Assembly: GCA_963668695.2 (NCBI GenBank)
Contig: CAXXLQ010000004.1
Span: forward strand, 2,176,001-2,240,000
From: Vicinamibacteria bacterium
GTDB taxonomy: Bacteria; Acidobacteriota; Vicinamibacteria; Marinacidobacterales; Marinacidobacteraceae
Reading direction: 5' to 3'
DNA length: 64,000 nt
Shown: piece after piece, positions 1 to 10,133 of the stretch
How the letters are laid out: each line of letters opens with the position of its first letter
How positions within the stretch are numbered: position 1 is the stretch's first letter
Notes under the pieces: model-generated
Seen by the model: the letters and a program-made list of their open reading frames with translations, nothing else
The model's database searches: none
Told to the model about the DNA's origin: nothing
Position numbers and translations under genes: made by a program

Positions 1-483
1 GCGCCCCACTGCCGGGAGGCGGCGCCCATCGAACACAACTGGATCCAGAAGGCGAACGCGCGCGAGTTCTCGCGCTTGGTGGACTACACCGAGGACTGGC
101 AGCCGGGCGCGCGCCGCCTCGACGCCGGGGAGCGTTCCAACTTCGCGCTGGTGCCGGCGGCGCTGGCGGCGGCCCGCCAGGTGCTCGACTGGGGCCCGGC
201 GAACATCCTCGGGACGATCGGCCCGATGACCCGGCGTCTCGCCGCAGCGGCGGCGGAACTCGGCTTCACGTCCGGGCACACCGAGCGCCGGTCTCCCCAC
301 TACCTGGCGCTCGGGCTCCCGCTGGGGAGCGGGCCCGAGGATCTCTCCCGGGTGCGCGCGGCGCTCTCCGAGCGGCGGGTGTTCGTGAGCATCCGCGGCG
401 ACACCGTGCGGGTGACCCCGCATCTCTACAACGACGAGCAGGATCTCGACGCGTTCATCGACGCGCTCGGGTCCGCGTTGTAG
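1..483 (+). CDS. Class V PLP-dependent aminotransferase / cysteine desulfurase-like protein, 5'-truncated by the window edge
   Basis: Frame is open from base 1. ARRLDAGERSNF and C-terminal VSIRGDTVRVTPHLYNDEQD are typical of class V aminotransferases. The TAG stop coincides with the left flank of MITE A1. Confidence 0.8.
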   Translation, partial: APHCREAAPIEHNWIQKANAREFSRLVDYTEDWQPGARRLDAGERSNFALVPAALAAARQVLDWGPANILGTIGPMTRRLAAAAAELGFTSGHTERRSPHYLALGLPLGSGPEDLSRVRAALSERRVFVSIRGDTVRVTPHLYNDEQDLDAFIDALGSAL

Positions 484-720
484 CAGCCTATGGACAAAGT
501 CACGCGGCCCAGTTCTCCCGGTGGGGGCTCGACCGGCGATCCATCCTGGCTGAAACGCTCGGCTTCGCCTAACTCATCGTTGCGCTTCGGTCGAAATACA
601 CTCGGGCCAGTTCTCCCGGTGGGGGCTCCTCCCTCGCGCGCCTTGTCAGCCAGGCGCCTCACCGCCAGTTCTCCCGGTGGGGGTCTCGGCGCTCACGCCA
701 CTTTGCCCAACGGCTGCTAG
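481..720 (+). mobile_element. Family A MITE, copy A1
   Basis: Ends TAGCAGCCTATGGACAAAGT and ACTTTGCCCAACGGCTGCTA are inverted repeats (17/20 match). Internal sequence is shared with the other A copies and contains three H 20-mers. Confidence 0.8.
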
Positions 721-732
721 GCCAGCCATCCG

Positions 733-1599
733 TTGAAGGTCTATCTGGACACCGTCCGCCGGGTGCTCGAGACCGGGACCCGGCGTCCGAACCGCACGGG
801 GGTGGACACCATCTCCACCTTCAACGTGAACTCGGTGATCAGGGTGGACGAGGGCTTCCCGCTGCTCACCACCAAGAAGATCAGTTGGAAGAACATCGTC
901 GTCGAAAACCTCTGGTTCCTCTCCGGCGAGCCGACCATCGCGCTGCTCAAGAAGCACAAGTGCCGGTTCTGGGATCCCTGGGCGGACGAGAACGGCGCGG
1001 TGCCGAGCCCCTACGGGAACCTCTGGCGGGAACATCCGGGGTCGCGCGGGCCGGCGGACCAGGTCCGCTGGGTGCTCGAGGAGATCAAGCGCAACCCCAC
1101 CTCGCGGCGGCTGGTGATCAGCGCCTGGTCACCGGAGAACGCCCACCACAGTTCGCTCCCGCCCTGCCACTTCGCTTTCGTGCTCAACGTGCAGTACGAC
1201 GCGGCGGGGGAGCCGCGGCTCAACCTGCACCTGACCCAGCGGAGCTGCGACGTCGCGCTCGGACTTCCGTACAACATCGCCGGCTACGCGCTGCTGCTGC
1301 ATCTCTTCTCGGCGTGGACCGGGCTCCGGCCGGGGGTGATGGGGCACACGCTGGTGGACGCCCACATCTACACGAAGAACGCGGACGGCTCGATGGCGGA
1401 ATACGACCACGTGCCGGGGCTCCGGGAGCAGCTTGAGCGTGAACCCCGCCCGCTGCCCCGGCTGACGCTCTCGGACACGGTGTCGTCGCTGGACGGAGTG
1501 ATGTCGCTCCTCGACAAGGACACCGCCGAGATCATGTCCCACTTCCAGCTCGACGGGTACGACCCCCACCCGGGCATCCGCTTCGCCGTCGCGGTATGA
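733..1599 (+). CDS. thyA: Thymidylate synthase
   Basis: NRTGVDT, FPLLTTKK, SRRLVISAW, catalytic LPPCH, QRSCD and GLPYNIAGY motifs. Confidence 0.97.
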   Translation: MKVYLDTVRRVLETGTRRPNRTGVDTISTFNVNSVIRVDEGFPLLTTKKISWKNIVVENLWFLSGEPTIALLKKHKCRFWDPWADENGAVPSPYGNLWREHPGSRGPADQVRWVLEEIKRNPTSRRLVISAWSPENAHHSSLPPCHFAFVLNVQYDAAGEPRLNLHLTQRSCDVALGLPYNIAGYALLLHLFSAWTGLRPGVMGHTLVDAHIYTKNADGSMAEYDHVPGLREQLEREPRPLPRLTLSDTVSSLDGVMSLLDKDTAEIMSHFQLDGYDPHPGIRFAVAV

Positions 1600-1617
1600 G
1601 CCCGGCATGAAGGCAGC

Positions 1618-2148
1618 ATGAACGACGTCTGGCTGAATCCCGAAGTGCGCCCACCTGGTCCCTTCCGGGCCAGCATGGCGGCGGTCTCGCCGGAGGGGAT
1701 CATCGGGGTGGACGGCGGGATCCCCTGGGACTACCCGGGCGATCGGAAGCGGCTCTGGCGGCTCACCCGGGACACCACCATCATCCTCGGCCGGCTCACC
1801 TGGGATTCGCTCCCCCGCCGGCCGATGCGCCGGCGGCGGAACATCGTGATCAGCTCGCGGCCGGTGGAGGGCGCGGAGTCCTTCCGTTCGCTCGGCGAGG
1901 CGCTCGCGGCCTGCGAAGGGACCGTCTGGTTCCTGGGCGGCGCCCGCATCTACGAGGAGGCCATGCATTACGCGGACTTCCTCGACATGACAACCGTTCC
2001 CGACCGCATCACGCTCCAGCCGGAGCAGAGCGCGGTCTACTTCCCGAACATTGACGAGGCCCGCTGGCTGGCGGGCCCCCCGCTACCCGACCCCGACGAC
2101 ACCGGGGTCGTGCGGCGCCGGTTCACGAGGCGCCGAATGGAGACATGA
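1618..2148 (+). CDS. folA: Dihydrofolate reductase
   Basis: GIIGVDGGIPW-x3-D, ILGRLTWDSLP, RRNIVISS and WFLGGARIYE motifs; lies directly after thyA. Confidence 0.9.
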   Translation: MNDVWLNPEVRPPGPFRASMAAVSPEGIIGVDGGIPWDYPGDRKRLWRLTRDTTIILGRLTWDSLPRRPMRRRRNIVISSRPVEGAESFRSLGEALAACEGTVWFLGGARIYEEAMHYADFLDMTTVPDRITLQPEQSAVYFPNIDEARWLAGPPLPDPDDTGVVRRRFTRRRMET

Positions 2149-2149
2149 G

Positions 2150-2539
2150 ATGAGCGACGAGATCACCCTGATCGCCGGCGAAGGCCTGCCGAAGCCGGCC
2201 GGCCCCTACAGCCCCGCCACCAAGGTGGGCAATCTGGTGTTCGTTTCCGGGCAGGTCGGTGTGGACCCGAAGACGGGATTCGCGCCGCATGGCGTTGCCG
2301 CCCAGACCGAGCAGGTGTTCAAGAACCTCGCCTCCATCCTGGAGGCGGCGGGGTCGAGTCTCGATCGGATCGTCCGCTGCGGCGTCTTTGTGGCCGACAT
2401 GGACGAGTTCGGGAAGATGAACGCGGTCTACGAGCGCATGCTGAACGGCCACCGCCCGGCGCGCTCCACGATCCAGCCCGAGCGCCTCCCCGGCACGGGT
2501 TTCCTGGTGGAGATCGACGCCATCGCCGTCTGCGACTGA
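2150..2539 (+). CDS. RidA/YjgF family reactive-intermediate deaminase
   Basis: GPYS, VFVSGQVG, MNAVY, RPARS and VEIDAIA motifs; ATG at 2150. Confidence 0.9.
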   Translation: MSDEITLIAGEGLPKPAGPYSPATKVGNLVFVSGQVGVDPKTGFAPHGVAAQTEQVFKNLASILEAAGSSLDRIVRCGVFVADMDEFGKMNAVYERMLNGHRPARSTIQPERLPGTGFLVEIDAIAVCD

Positions 2540-2698
2540 GCGAAGCGCCGACCCGGGAAGGTGAAGCCCCCGGGAAGGTGAAGCCGGCGGACGGGAACGC
2601 CGGCGACGGCAGCGGCGGGGCGCGGTTACCGCCGAGGGCGGGGCGGGCGGGGCGCGGTTACCGCCGACCTTGGGGGTCGCCGGTCAGGTTTCCCCCGG

Positions 2699-5047
2699 TC
2701 AGGTTTCCCCCGGTCGGGCCATGCGGTAGCCAACCCCACGCACGGTGTGGACGTAGGCGGGGCGGCTCGCGTCGTCGCCGAGCTTCTGGCGCAAACGCTT
2801 GATGACGGCGCGCACCAGCTTCGCGTCGCCGGAGTTCCGCTCGTTCCACACCTGGCGCAACAGCGAATCGTACGTCGAGACCCGTCCCGCGTTGAGCGAG
2901 AGCACGCGCAACACGCCGTACTCGGTCGCCGTGAGTTCGATCTGGCGCCCCGCCACGCTCACCCGGCGCCGGTCGTAGTCGATCGCGAGATCGCCCCGTA
3001 TGAACGGGTCGGGGTCGGTGCGGCGGCGAAGCGCCGCCTGGATCCGGGCCGCGAGTTCGGTCGGCGAAAAGGGCTCGACGATGTAGTCGTCGGCGCCGGC
3101 CTCCAGCGCCTTGGCGATGGTCTCGTCGCGCCCGTACCCCGAGATGAAGATGACCGGAAGGTCGGAGAGCCCGGGCACGGTTTCCATCAACTCGATGCCG
3201 TCGGTCCCGGGCAGGATCAGATCGAGCAGGACCAGCGCCGGCTCCTCCGTCTCGATGATGCGCGCCAGCTCGCGATGGTCGCCGGTGACCAGCGGCGCAT
3301 AGCCCGCATCGACGAGCGCGTCCCGCACGTAGCGCAGCAGCTGCGGGTCGTCTTCCACCACGAGTATCCGCGCCCGCTCCCCGGTCTCGCGGAGCACTCC
3401 CGCCCGGCGCCGCGTGAGGCCGGGCGCGGTGCTCTCCGCCTCCGCCACCGGGACCGTGAAGGTGAACCGCGCCCCTTGCTCGGGGCCGGCGCTCTCCGCC
3501 CGGATCCGTCCGCCATGCGCCTCGACCAGCCCCTTGCAGATGGCGAGCCCCAGGCCGCCCCCCACGCCGCGCTTCCCATCTTCGGCAGCGGCGTACTTGC
3601 GGAAGAGGTGCGGCAGCCTCTCCCGCGCCACCCCCCGGCCTTCGTCGGAAACCGAGACCGCGACGTACATGCCGTCGCGCTCCGCCGAGACCCGGATGGA
3701 CGAGGAGTCCGGAGAATGCCGGGCGGCGTTGGCCAGGAGGTTGCTCAGCACCTGCACAATGCGGTGCCGGTCGGTCAGCGCCCGGGGCAGGTCCGGCGGC
3801 AGTTCGATCAGCACCGGGTGCCTGGCGCCGCCGGCAAGGAACATGGTCCGCGCCTCGTCCACCAGCGCACCCACCTCCGTGGGCTCGGGCGAGACCGACA
3901 ACGTGCCCGTCTCGATGCGCCCCACGTCGAGCAGGTCGCCGATGAGTCCGCTCATGCGGTCCGCCTGCTCGTCAATGATGCGGAAGAACTGCTGGGTCTC
4001 GGCCGGACCGAAGCCTCGACCGGCGCCGAGCACCGTGGCCGTTGAACCCTTGATGGCGGCGAGCGGCGTGCGCAGCTCGTGGCTCACCATGCCGAGGAAC
4101 TCAGCCCGCATCCGCTCCAGCGCTTCGAGCGGCGCGAGATCCTGCAGGGTGACGACCACGGATTCGACCTCCCCATCATCCCCGGCGTGGATCGGGGTGG
4201 CGTTGACGAGCGTCGTGACGCTGCGTCCGTCGGGCGTCGAGAGCACGATCTCCTCGGCGCGCACGGTCTCCGCGGCGCCGAGCGCGGCCGAGAGCCGCAA
4301 TTGGTCGAGCGCAATCTCGCGTCCATCGCCACGCCGGCAGGTGAGGACCCGAAGCAGCGCTTCGGCGGGGTGGCCCGGCATGCGCAGGCTCTCCACGATG
4401 CGCCTCGCCTCGCGGTTGAGCGAGACGGCGTGGCCAGTCCGCGCATCGAACACCACGACGCCGACCGGCGAGGTCTCGACCAGCGCCTCGAGGTCGGCCC
4501 GCGCGCGCCGCTCGTCGCGGAAGGCGCGGGCGTTGGCGATGGCGCTCGCGGCCTGCGAGGCGAACAGCACCAGGACCTCCTCGTCCCCACTCGTGAACTC
4601 CGCTCCCCCTTCCTTCTCGGCCAGATAGAAGTTGCCGACATGCACGCCGCGATGGCGCATCGGCGTGCCCTGGAAGGTGCTCGACGAGAACCGGTCCGTA
4701 GAGAAGCCGAGCGAGCGCACGTAGGCGGGGACGTCGCTGAGCCTCAGCGGCCCCGCGAGGTCGCGCAAGTGCTCGAAGAGCCGCGGCCCGTCGGGCCACT
4801 GGGCCAGCCGGCGATGCTCTTCCTCCGTGAAACCGGAGGTCACGAAGTCCTGCGGCGCGCCCTTTTCGTCGATGGTGACGATGGTGCCGTAGCGGGCGCC
4901 GGTCAGCGCCCGGGCGCTCTCCACGATCTCGCGGAGAACCGTTTCGAGGTCGAGGCTCGCGCTGATGCGCAGGAGCGCCGCGCTCAAGGTGGAGACGCGC
5001 TCGTCCGGTCCCTTGTTCTTCCGTCCCGCTTCGTCGTGACCGTTCAA
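2699..5047 (-). CDS. Hybrid sensor-regulator: GAF-PAS-HisKA-HATPase-REC-OmpR winged helix
   Basis: SHELRTPL H-box, NLLANAARHS N-box, DEGRG and GLGLAICK G-boxes, receiver ILVVEDD...LLDL, and OmpR-type C-terminus LTATEY...TVRGVGYRM. TTG at 5047 has a GAGGAGG RBS. Confidence 0.9.
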   Translation of the reverse strand: MNGHDEAGRKNKGPDERVSTLSAALLRISASLDLETVLREIVESARALTGARYGTIVTIDEKGAPQDFVTSGFTEEEHRRLAQWPDGPRLFEHLRDLAGPLRLSDVPAYVRSLGFSTDRFSSSTFQGTPMRHRGVHVGNFYLAEKEGGAEFTSGDEEVLVLFASQAASAIANARAFRDERRARADLEALVETSPVGVVVFDARTGHAVSLNREARRIVESLRMPGHPAEALLRVLTCRRGDGREIALDQLRLSAALGAAETVRAEEIVLSTPDGRSVTTLVNATPIHAGDDGEVESVVVTLQDLAPLEALERMRAEFLGMVSHELRTPLAAIKGSTATVLGAGRGFGPAETQQFFRIIDEQADRMSGLIGDLLDVGRIETGTLSVSPEPTEVGALVDEARTMFLAGGARHPVLIELPPDLPRALTDRHRIVQVLSNLLANAARHSPDSSSIRVSAERDGMYVAVSVSDEGRGVARERLPHLFRKYAAAEDGKRGVGGGLGLAICKGLVEAHGGRIRAESAGPEQGARFTFTVPVAEAESTAPGLTRRRAGVLRETGERARILVVEDDPQLLRYVRDALVDAGYAPLVTGDHRELARIIETEEPALVLLDLILPGTDGIELMETVPGLSDLPVIFISGYGRDETIAKALEAGADDYIVEPFSPTELAARIQAALRRRTDPDPFIRGDLAIDYDRRRVSVAGRQIELTATEYGVLRVLSLNAGRVSTYDSLLRQVWNERNSGDAKLVRAVIKRLRQKLGDDASRPAYVHTVRGVGYRMARPGET

Positions 5048-5427
5048 CCGTCCGCCCTCCTCGCGCCGAGCCCGGACGTCGTTCCGGTCCGTCCGGACCG
5101 TCCGGACCCGGAACGAGCGGCGAGATGGGGTTTTCGGGCCGGTCCGGTGCGCCCGTCGCACAGTGAAGGCCAAAATCGCATAATCGTCACTCTATCTCCA
5201 GCAAAATGCACGTTCTTGTCGGGTACACTCTCCGCAGGTTCACGACCTGATGGTTTGGTGGGCCAAGACGAGGTGTCCGGATGCACCAAGGAAGATATCG
5301 AAGGCCTTTACGGGCGGAAGTCCACGCCCGTTCCCGCGGTCTTCCGAAACCGGCGCCGGTGGGCTTGAGCGAGTAGCCGGCGGGACGCATGGACGCTGGG
5401 AGTCTCGCGTGCGCCGTGGATCACGAG

Positions 5428-5743
5428 GTGATCTACCGGTTCATGGACGGGTACCGGGGACAGCACCGAATCGCCACCATGGCCCGCACGCTCGGAGTCT
5501 CGCGGAGCGGTTACTACGCTTGGAAGAGTCGTCCCCAAAGTTGCCGCGCCCGGGTGGACGAGCTTCTCAAGCAGGAGATCCGCAGCGTCCACGCCTGCCA
5601 TCACGGCGAGTACGGCGCGCCTCGAATCCACGGGGAACTGCGGGTGCAGGGATGGCGGGTGGGGCGCAAGCGGGTTGCCCGACTGATGCGGGAACTTGGA
5701 ATCGACGGTCTTTCCGGAAGCTCGCGCCGAACCCGAAGGGCCA
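5428..5743 (+). pseudogene. IS3-family transposase OrfB N-terminal fragment (HTH region only), truncated by MITE array A2
   Basis: IYRFM...LGVSRSGYYAW...YGAPRIHGEL...VGRKRVARLMRELGI is the IS3 OrfB N-terminus. There is no DDE domain, and the frame runs into the repeat at 5744. Confidence 0.8.
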
Positions 5744-6529
5744 AACAGCCGGTGGTGGAACCCACGCGGCCCAGTTCTCCCGGTGGGGGCTCGGCCGGCG
5801 ATCCATCCCGGCCAAACAGCCTGTAATGAAACCCGCGCGGCCCAGTTCTCCCGGTGGGGGCTCGGCCGGCGATCCATCCCGGCCAAACAGCCGGTGATGA
5901 AACCCACGCGGCCCAGTTCTCCCGGTGGGGGCTCGGCCGGCGATCCATCCCGGCTGAACCGCGTCGCTGCGCGCCGCTCATCGTTGCGTTTCGGTCGCAA
6001 TACACCCGGGCCAGTTCTCCCGGTGGGGGCTCCTCCCTCACGCGCCTTGTCAGCCGGGCCCCCACCGGGAGAACTGGCCCCACCGGGAGAACTGGGCCTC
6101 GCCGGCCTCGGCGCTCACGCGGGTTCCACCACCGGCTGTTCACCGCGTCGCTTCGCGCCGCTCATCGTTGCGTTTCGGTCGAAATACACCCGGGCCAGTT
6201 CTCCCGGTGGGGGCTCCTTCCTCACGCGCCTTGTCAGCCGGGCCCCCACCGGGAGGACTGGCCCCACCGGGAGAACTGGGCCTCGCCGGCCTCGGCGCTC
6301 ACCCGGGTTCCACCACCGGCTGTTGACCGCGTCGCTTCGCGCCGCTCATCGTTGCGTTTCGGTCGAAATACACCCGGGCCAGTTCTCCCGGTGGGGGCTC
6401 CTCCCTCACGCGCCTTGTCAGCCGGGCCCCCACCGGGAGGACTGGCCCCACCGGGAGAACTGGGCCTCGCCCCCACCGGGAGAACTGGCCGGTCTCGGCG
6501 CGCACCCGGGTTCCACCACAGGCTGCTAA
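5744..6529 (+). mobile_element. Family A nested MITE array A2 (3 left halves + 3 right halves)
   Basis: 71-bp left units start at 5744, 5815 and 5886; right units end at 6140, 6324 and 6529. AACAGCCGGTGGTGGAACCC and GGGTTCCACCACCGGCTGTT are perfect inverted repeats. Confidence 0.85.
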
Positions 6530-6687
6530 CCAGCCCGGTTTGCCAGCGCGGTTTCGCAAACCGCGCGGCGCCGACCGCGCAAAAACGCGGCCGGGCACCG
6601 CATTCCCCGGGGAGATCCCCCGGGGAGAACTGCCCCGGAGGCGGGTCGGCGTCCGGTGGCCGGCCGCGCTCCTGCTCCACCGGCGTT

Positions 6688-6738
6688 CCCTCCCCGGCGG
6701 GGCCATCGAGCGAAGCGAGATGGCCCCGCCGGGGAGGG
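6688..6738. terminator. Perfect 20-bp-stem hairpin just downstream of the M16 operon stop (terminator or REP-like)
   Basis: CCCTCCCCGGCGGGGCCATC-gagcgaagcga-GATGGCCCCGCCGGGGAGGG. There is no clear U-tract, so terminator function is uncertain. Confidence 0.5.
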
Positions 6739-6743
6739 ATTCC

Positions 6744-8273
6744 CTACTGGCCCTTCGGGACCACCTCCAGCGTGAGCGGATCGCGTTCCGGGAGATGCGT
6801 CACCTCGCCATTCAGCAGATCGGCCATCTTGGCGCGCCCCTCGGGATCGCCCGGGCCGATGTCGTCCCAGACCCCGACCACCAGCATCACCATCTGGTCC
6901 GGACGGAGGTACTTTTGCGCCACCGCCATCACGTCGGCGGCGGTGACCGCCTCGATCTGCTCGCGCCAGCGCACCCAGTACCCGTGGTCGCGCTCCAGGA
7001 ACGCGTCGTTCGCGAAGATGCCGGCGCGGGCCTGCGCGCTCTCGAACCGGCGCGGGAAGCTGTCCACCAGCGAACGCCTGGCAAGCTGGAGTTCCTCCGG
7101 CGACACTGCTTCGTCGCGCATCCGATGGACCTCTTCCAGAGCGATCGCGGCAGCCAAAGCCACCGTCGGGCTCTTCGATTGGTAGCCCATCGAGTAGGCG
7201 CTCGGCCCGAGGGGATTGAAGCCGAAACGGCCGCCGGCGCCGTACGCCAGCCCCTCGTCGGACCGTACCCGCTGCATGATCCGGGAGGTGAAGCCGCTCG
7301 CTCCCAGGATGTGGTCCATCACCTGGATGGCGGCCCGCTCGGGGTTGTCCCAGTCGTCCCAGCGCGGCGCCAGGTTGCCGATCCGGACCTTGCCCTGCGG
7401 GATGTCCTTCTCGACGTGGTAGATGCCCGGGGCAGGGTTTGGCACCTCGTGCGGGGGCGGCCAGTCCACCGCCGCCGCATCATCCGCCGCCGGCCACGCT
7501 CCGAGCCGCTCCTCCAGCATCGCCAGGATCTCCGCGGTGTCCACGTCGCCCGACACCGACCACACCATGTGCTCCGGCCGCCAGTAACGGCGGTGGAAGT
7601 CCCGCAAGTCGTCGGGAGTGATGGCGTCCAGGTGCCCGGAGGTCATCCGCCGCCCGAGGTAGTGGTCTTTTCCGTACAGCAGGAAATCCCACTCGCGGCC
7701 GAGCAGGCTGTCGGCGTCGTCGTTCCGCTGCTTCAGGTCCTCCCGCACGTTCTCCCGCCGCACCGAGAACCGCGCCTCATCGAACCGCGGGCGCATCAGC
7801 ACGTCGAAGAAGAGATCGAGGCTCTCCTCGAACACCGGGGTGATGGTGCGGAGCGATCCCCGCGCCTCGGTGTCCCGGGAAGAGGCCGAAATCCGGGCGG
7901 CGAGGAAGTCGATCCGCTCGTCCAGTTCCTCCGGACTCCGGTCGCCGGCCCCGCCCTCGCGCATCATCGTCGCGGTCAACGACGCGAGCCCCACCTGGTC
8001 CGCGGGCTCCAGGAAGCTGCCGATCCTGAGCGTCACGCCCAGCCGGATCAGCGGCAGGGTGCGGTCCTCAACCACGATCACCGGGATGCCGCTGCTCAGC
8101 TTGTGGTGGTAGTCCGAGCCGTCGGGCGTCTCGAACACGAAGTCCGGGAAGACCAGCTCTTCGGGCCGGTCCGGAATGTCCTGCCCGGCAACTTCCTGCC
8201 CGGCAACTTCCTGCGCGGGGGAAAGACCCGCCGCCACCAGGGCCAAACCCAGGAAAACCGTCCGTCCTTTCAT
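6744..8273 (-). CDS. M16 (pitrilysin-family) peptidase, non-catalytic partner subunit, secreted
   Basis: Signal peptide, GLASLTATMM in place of HxxEH, and SRIMQRVRSDEGLAY motif. ATGA overlap with the upstream M16 gene. Confidence 0.9.
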   Translation of the reverse strand: MKGRTVFLGLALVAAGLSPAQEVAGQEVAGQDIPDRPEELVFPDFVFETPDGSDYHHKLSSGIPVIVVEDRTLPLIRLGVTLRIGSFLEPADQVGLASLTATMMREGGAGDRSPEELDERIDFLAARISASSRDTEARGSLRTITPVFEESLDLFFDVLMRPRFDEARFSVRRENVREDLKQRNDDADSLLGREWDFLLYGKDHYLGRRMTSGHLDAITPDDLRDFHRRYWRPEHMVWSVSGDVDTAEILAMLEERLGAWPAADDAAAVDWPPPHEVPNPAPGIYHVEKDIPQGKVRIGNLAPRWDDWDNPERAAIQVMDHILGASGFTSRIMQRVRSDEGLAYGAGGRFGFNPLGPSAYSMGYQSKSPTVALAAAIALEEVHRMRDEAVSPEELQLARRSLVDSFPRRFESAQARAGIFANDAFLERDHGYWVRWREQIEAVTAADVMAVAQKYLRPDQMVMLVVGVWDDIGPGDPEGRAKMADLLNGEVTHLPERDPLTLEVVPKGQ

Positions 8274-10030
8274 CGTGCATCCTCCCCTTCGGGCGGGAGT
8301 TCGGCGAGCCGCTCCCGGATCACCTGCTCCACGTACTGGAGCGCCCCCTGCATCTGCGGCGGCGCCTGTCCCATCATCTGGCTGAACTGCGCGAGCGTCG
8401 CCTCCAGACTCGCCCGGTCCGTGGACTCCCGGATCTGCCGGATCTGGGCCAGCATCTGGGTCTGCACCGCCGCCGGCAGGCCGGCGAGCTCGGCCGGCAC
8501 CGGCTCCGAAGCCGTCCCGGCCGTGCGCGTGTAGTGCGCGACCGCCCGGTTCGTGGGGACCAGGTACTTCCCGGCAACCCGTTTGACGTCCTCTTCGGTG
8601 ACCGCGAGGGTCGCGTCGGTCCACTCGTTGATGTAGTTCCAGTCGCCCAGCGAGTCGTAGACGAGGAGCTGGATCAGCAGGAAGAACCCGCTGTCGAGCC
8701 GCTCCCACGCCGCGGCGGCAACCTGGTTCTTGACCTTCTGGATCTCCTCGGGGGGGATCGGCTCTTCAACGAGCCGCCGGAGCTCCCGCTCGATGGCGGC
8801 CTCGAGATCGGCCGGGGTCGCCTCGCCCTTGGCTTCCGCGCTGATCTCGATCAGTCCCGCCCACTTGCGGTTGTCCTGGAACGCCGCCGCGGAGCTCGCG
8901 ATCTCGTCCCCGAGCACCATGGTCTTGTAGAGCCGCCCGGTCCGCCCGTTCAGCAATCCGGACAGCACGTCGAGCGCGTACTGGTCGCGGTGCCGGAAGG
9001 GCACCGTGTGGTAGCGGAGGGCGACCTGCGGCTGGCAGTCGCAGGTCGCATCCAGCCGCTTCCCGGCGTTTTGCTCCATCTCCAGGGTGACCACGTCGGG
9101 GGCCTCGGGACCCGGCGAGAGGCGCCCGAAGTACTTCTCGGCCAGCGCCTTCGCCTCTCCGAGTTCGAAGTTCCCGACCAGCGCGCCGGTGAGGTTCCCG
9201 GGGGCGTAGTAGGTGTCGTAGTACTCCTGCGCCTGGGCGAGGGTGAACACCTGGAGGTCCGACGGCCAGCCGACCACCGGCCAGGAATAGGGGTGCGACT
9301 GCCAGAACATGGCGTCGAACGCCTCGTCGAACTCCCCGGTGGGGGTGGACTCGGTGCGGAGCCGGCGCTCCTCGTAGACCACGTCGCGCTCCGAATAGAA
9401 CTCGCGGAAAACCGGCCGCAGCAGGCGCTCCGACTCCATCCAGAACCACAGCTCCAGCCGGTTCTGCGGCACTGTGATGAAGTACACCGTCTGGTCGTTG
9501 GAGGTGAACGCATTCATCCCGCTGGCGCCCGCCTCGGTGTAGATGCGGTCGAACTCGTCCTTGACCATGAGCGTCCGCTGCTCTTCCACGAGCGCATCGA
9601 ACTCACCCCGCAAGGCGACCAGCTCTTCGGGCAGGTCCGTCTCGCCGAAGGGGTCGTCGATGAGGCCCAGCCGGCTCGCCTCCCGCCGGTCCCGGTAGAT
9701 GGCCCGGATCTTCTCCTGGACGGCCTCCTGCTCCTCGATGATGGCCTGATCCCGCTCGGCGTCGGTGGTCCCGACGGTCGGCGTTCCCTTGAACATCATG
9801 TGTTCGAAGAAGTGGCTCAGCCCGGTGATCCCCGGCCGTTCGTTGGCCGATCCCACGTGGGCCGCCCAGCCGGCGGATACGGTGGTCATTTCGGGACGGA
9901 CGACGGCGAGAAAGCGCATCCCGTTCGAGAGGGTGAACTCCTCCACGGGGACCTTCGCCTGCCCGAGCACGGGGGCGGGGACCGCGAGCGCGAGGACGAG
10001 CGCCGCGAGCCGGAGGGTCGGATGTTTCAT
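8270..10030 (-). CDS. M16 zinc peptidase, catalytic subunit, secreted
   Basis: Signal peptide, GLSHFFEHMMFKGT (HxxEH), NAFTSNDQTVY and ERDVVYEERR motifs. Confidence 0.93.
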   Translation of the reverse strand: MKHPTLRLAALVLALAVPAPVLGQAKVPVEEFTLSNGMRFLAVVRPEMTTVSAGWAAHVGSANERPGITGLSHFFEHMMFKGTPTVGTTDAERDQAIIEEQEAVQEKIRAIYRDRREASRLGLIDDPFGETDLPEELVALRGEFDALVEEQRTLMVKDEFDRIYTEAGASGMNAFTSNDQTVYFITVPQNRLELWFWMESERLLRPVFREFYSERDVVYEERRLRTESTPTGEFDEAFDAMFWQSHPYSWPVVGWPSDLQVFTLAQAQEYYDTYYAPGNLTGALVGNFELGEAKALAEKYFGRLSPGPEAPDVVTLEMEQNAGKRLDATCDCQPQVALRYHTVPFRHRDQYALDVLSGLLNGRTGRLYKTMVLGDEIASSAAAFQDNRKWAGLIEISAEAKGEATPADLEAAIERELRRLVEEPIPPEEIQKVKNQVAAAAWERLDSGFFLLIQLLVYDSLGDWNYINEWTDATLAVTEEDVKRVAGKYLVPTNRAVAHYTRTAGTASEPVPAELAGLPAAVQTQMLAQIRQIRESTDRASLEATLAQFSQMMGQAPPQMQGALQYVEQVIRERLAELPPEGEDAR

Positions 10031-10133
10031 GGCGAGGATGGTAGCGGCGGGCCCGGAGCCCACGGATTGATGGGGTTACCGACTGTTACGATATCCGGCT
10101 AACCCGGGTTCTCCGGGACGGGGGAAATCGGAC

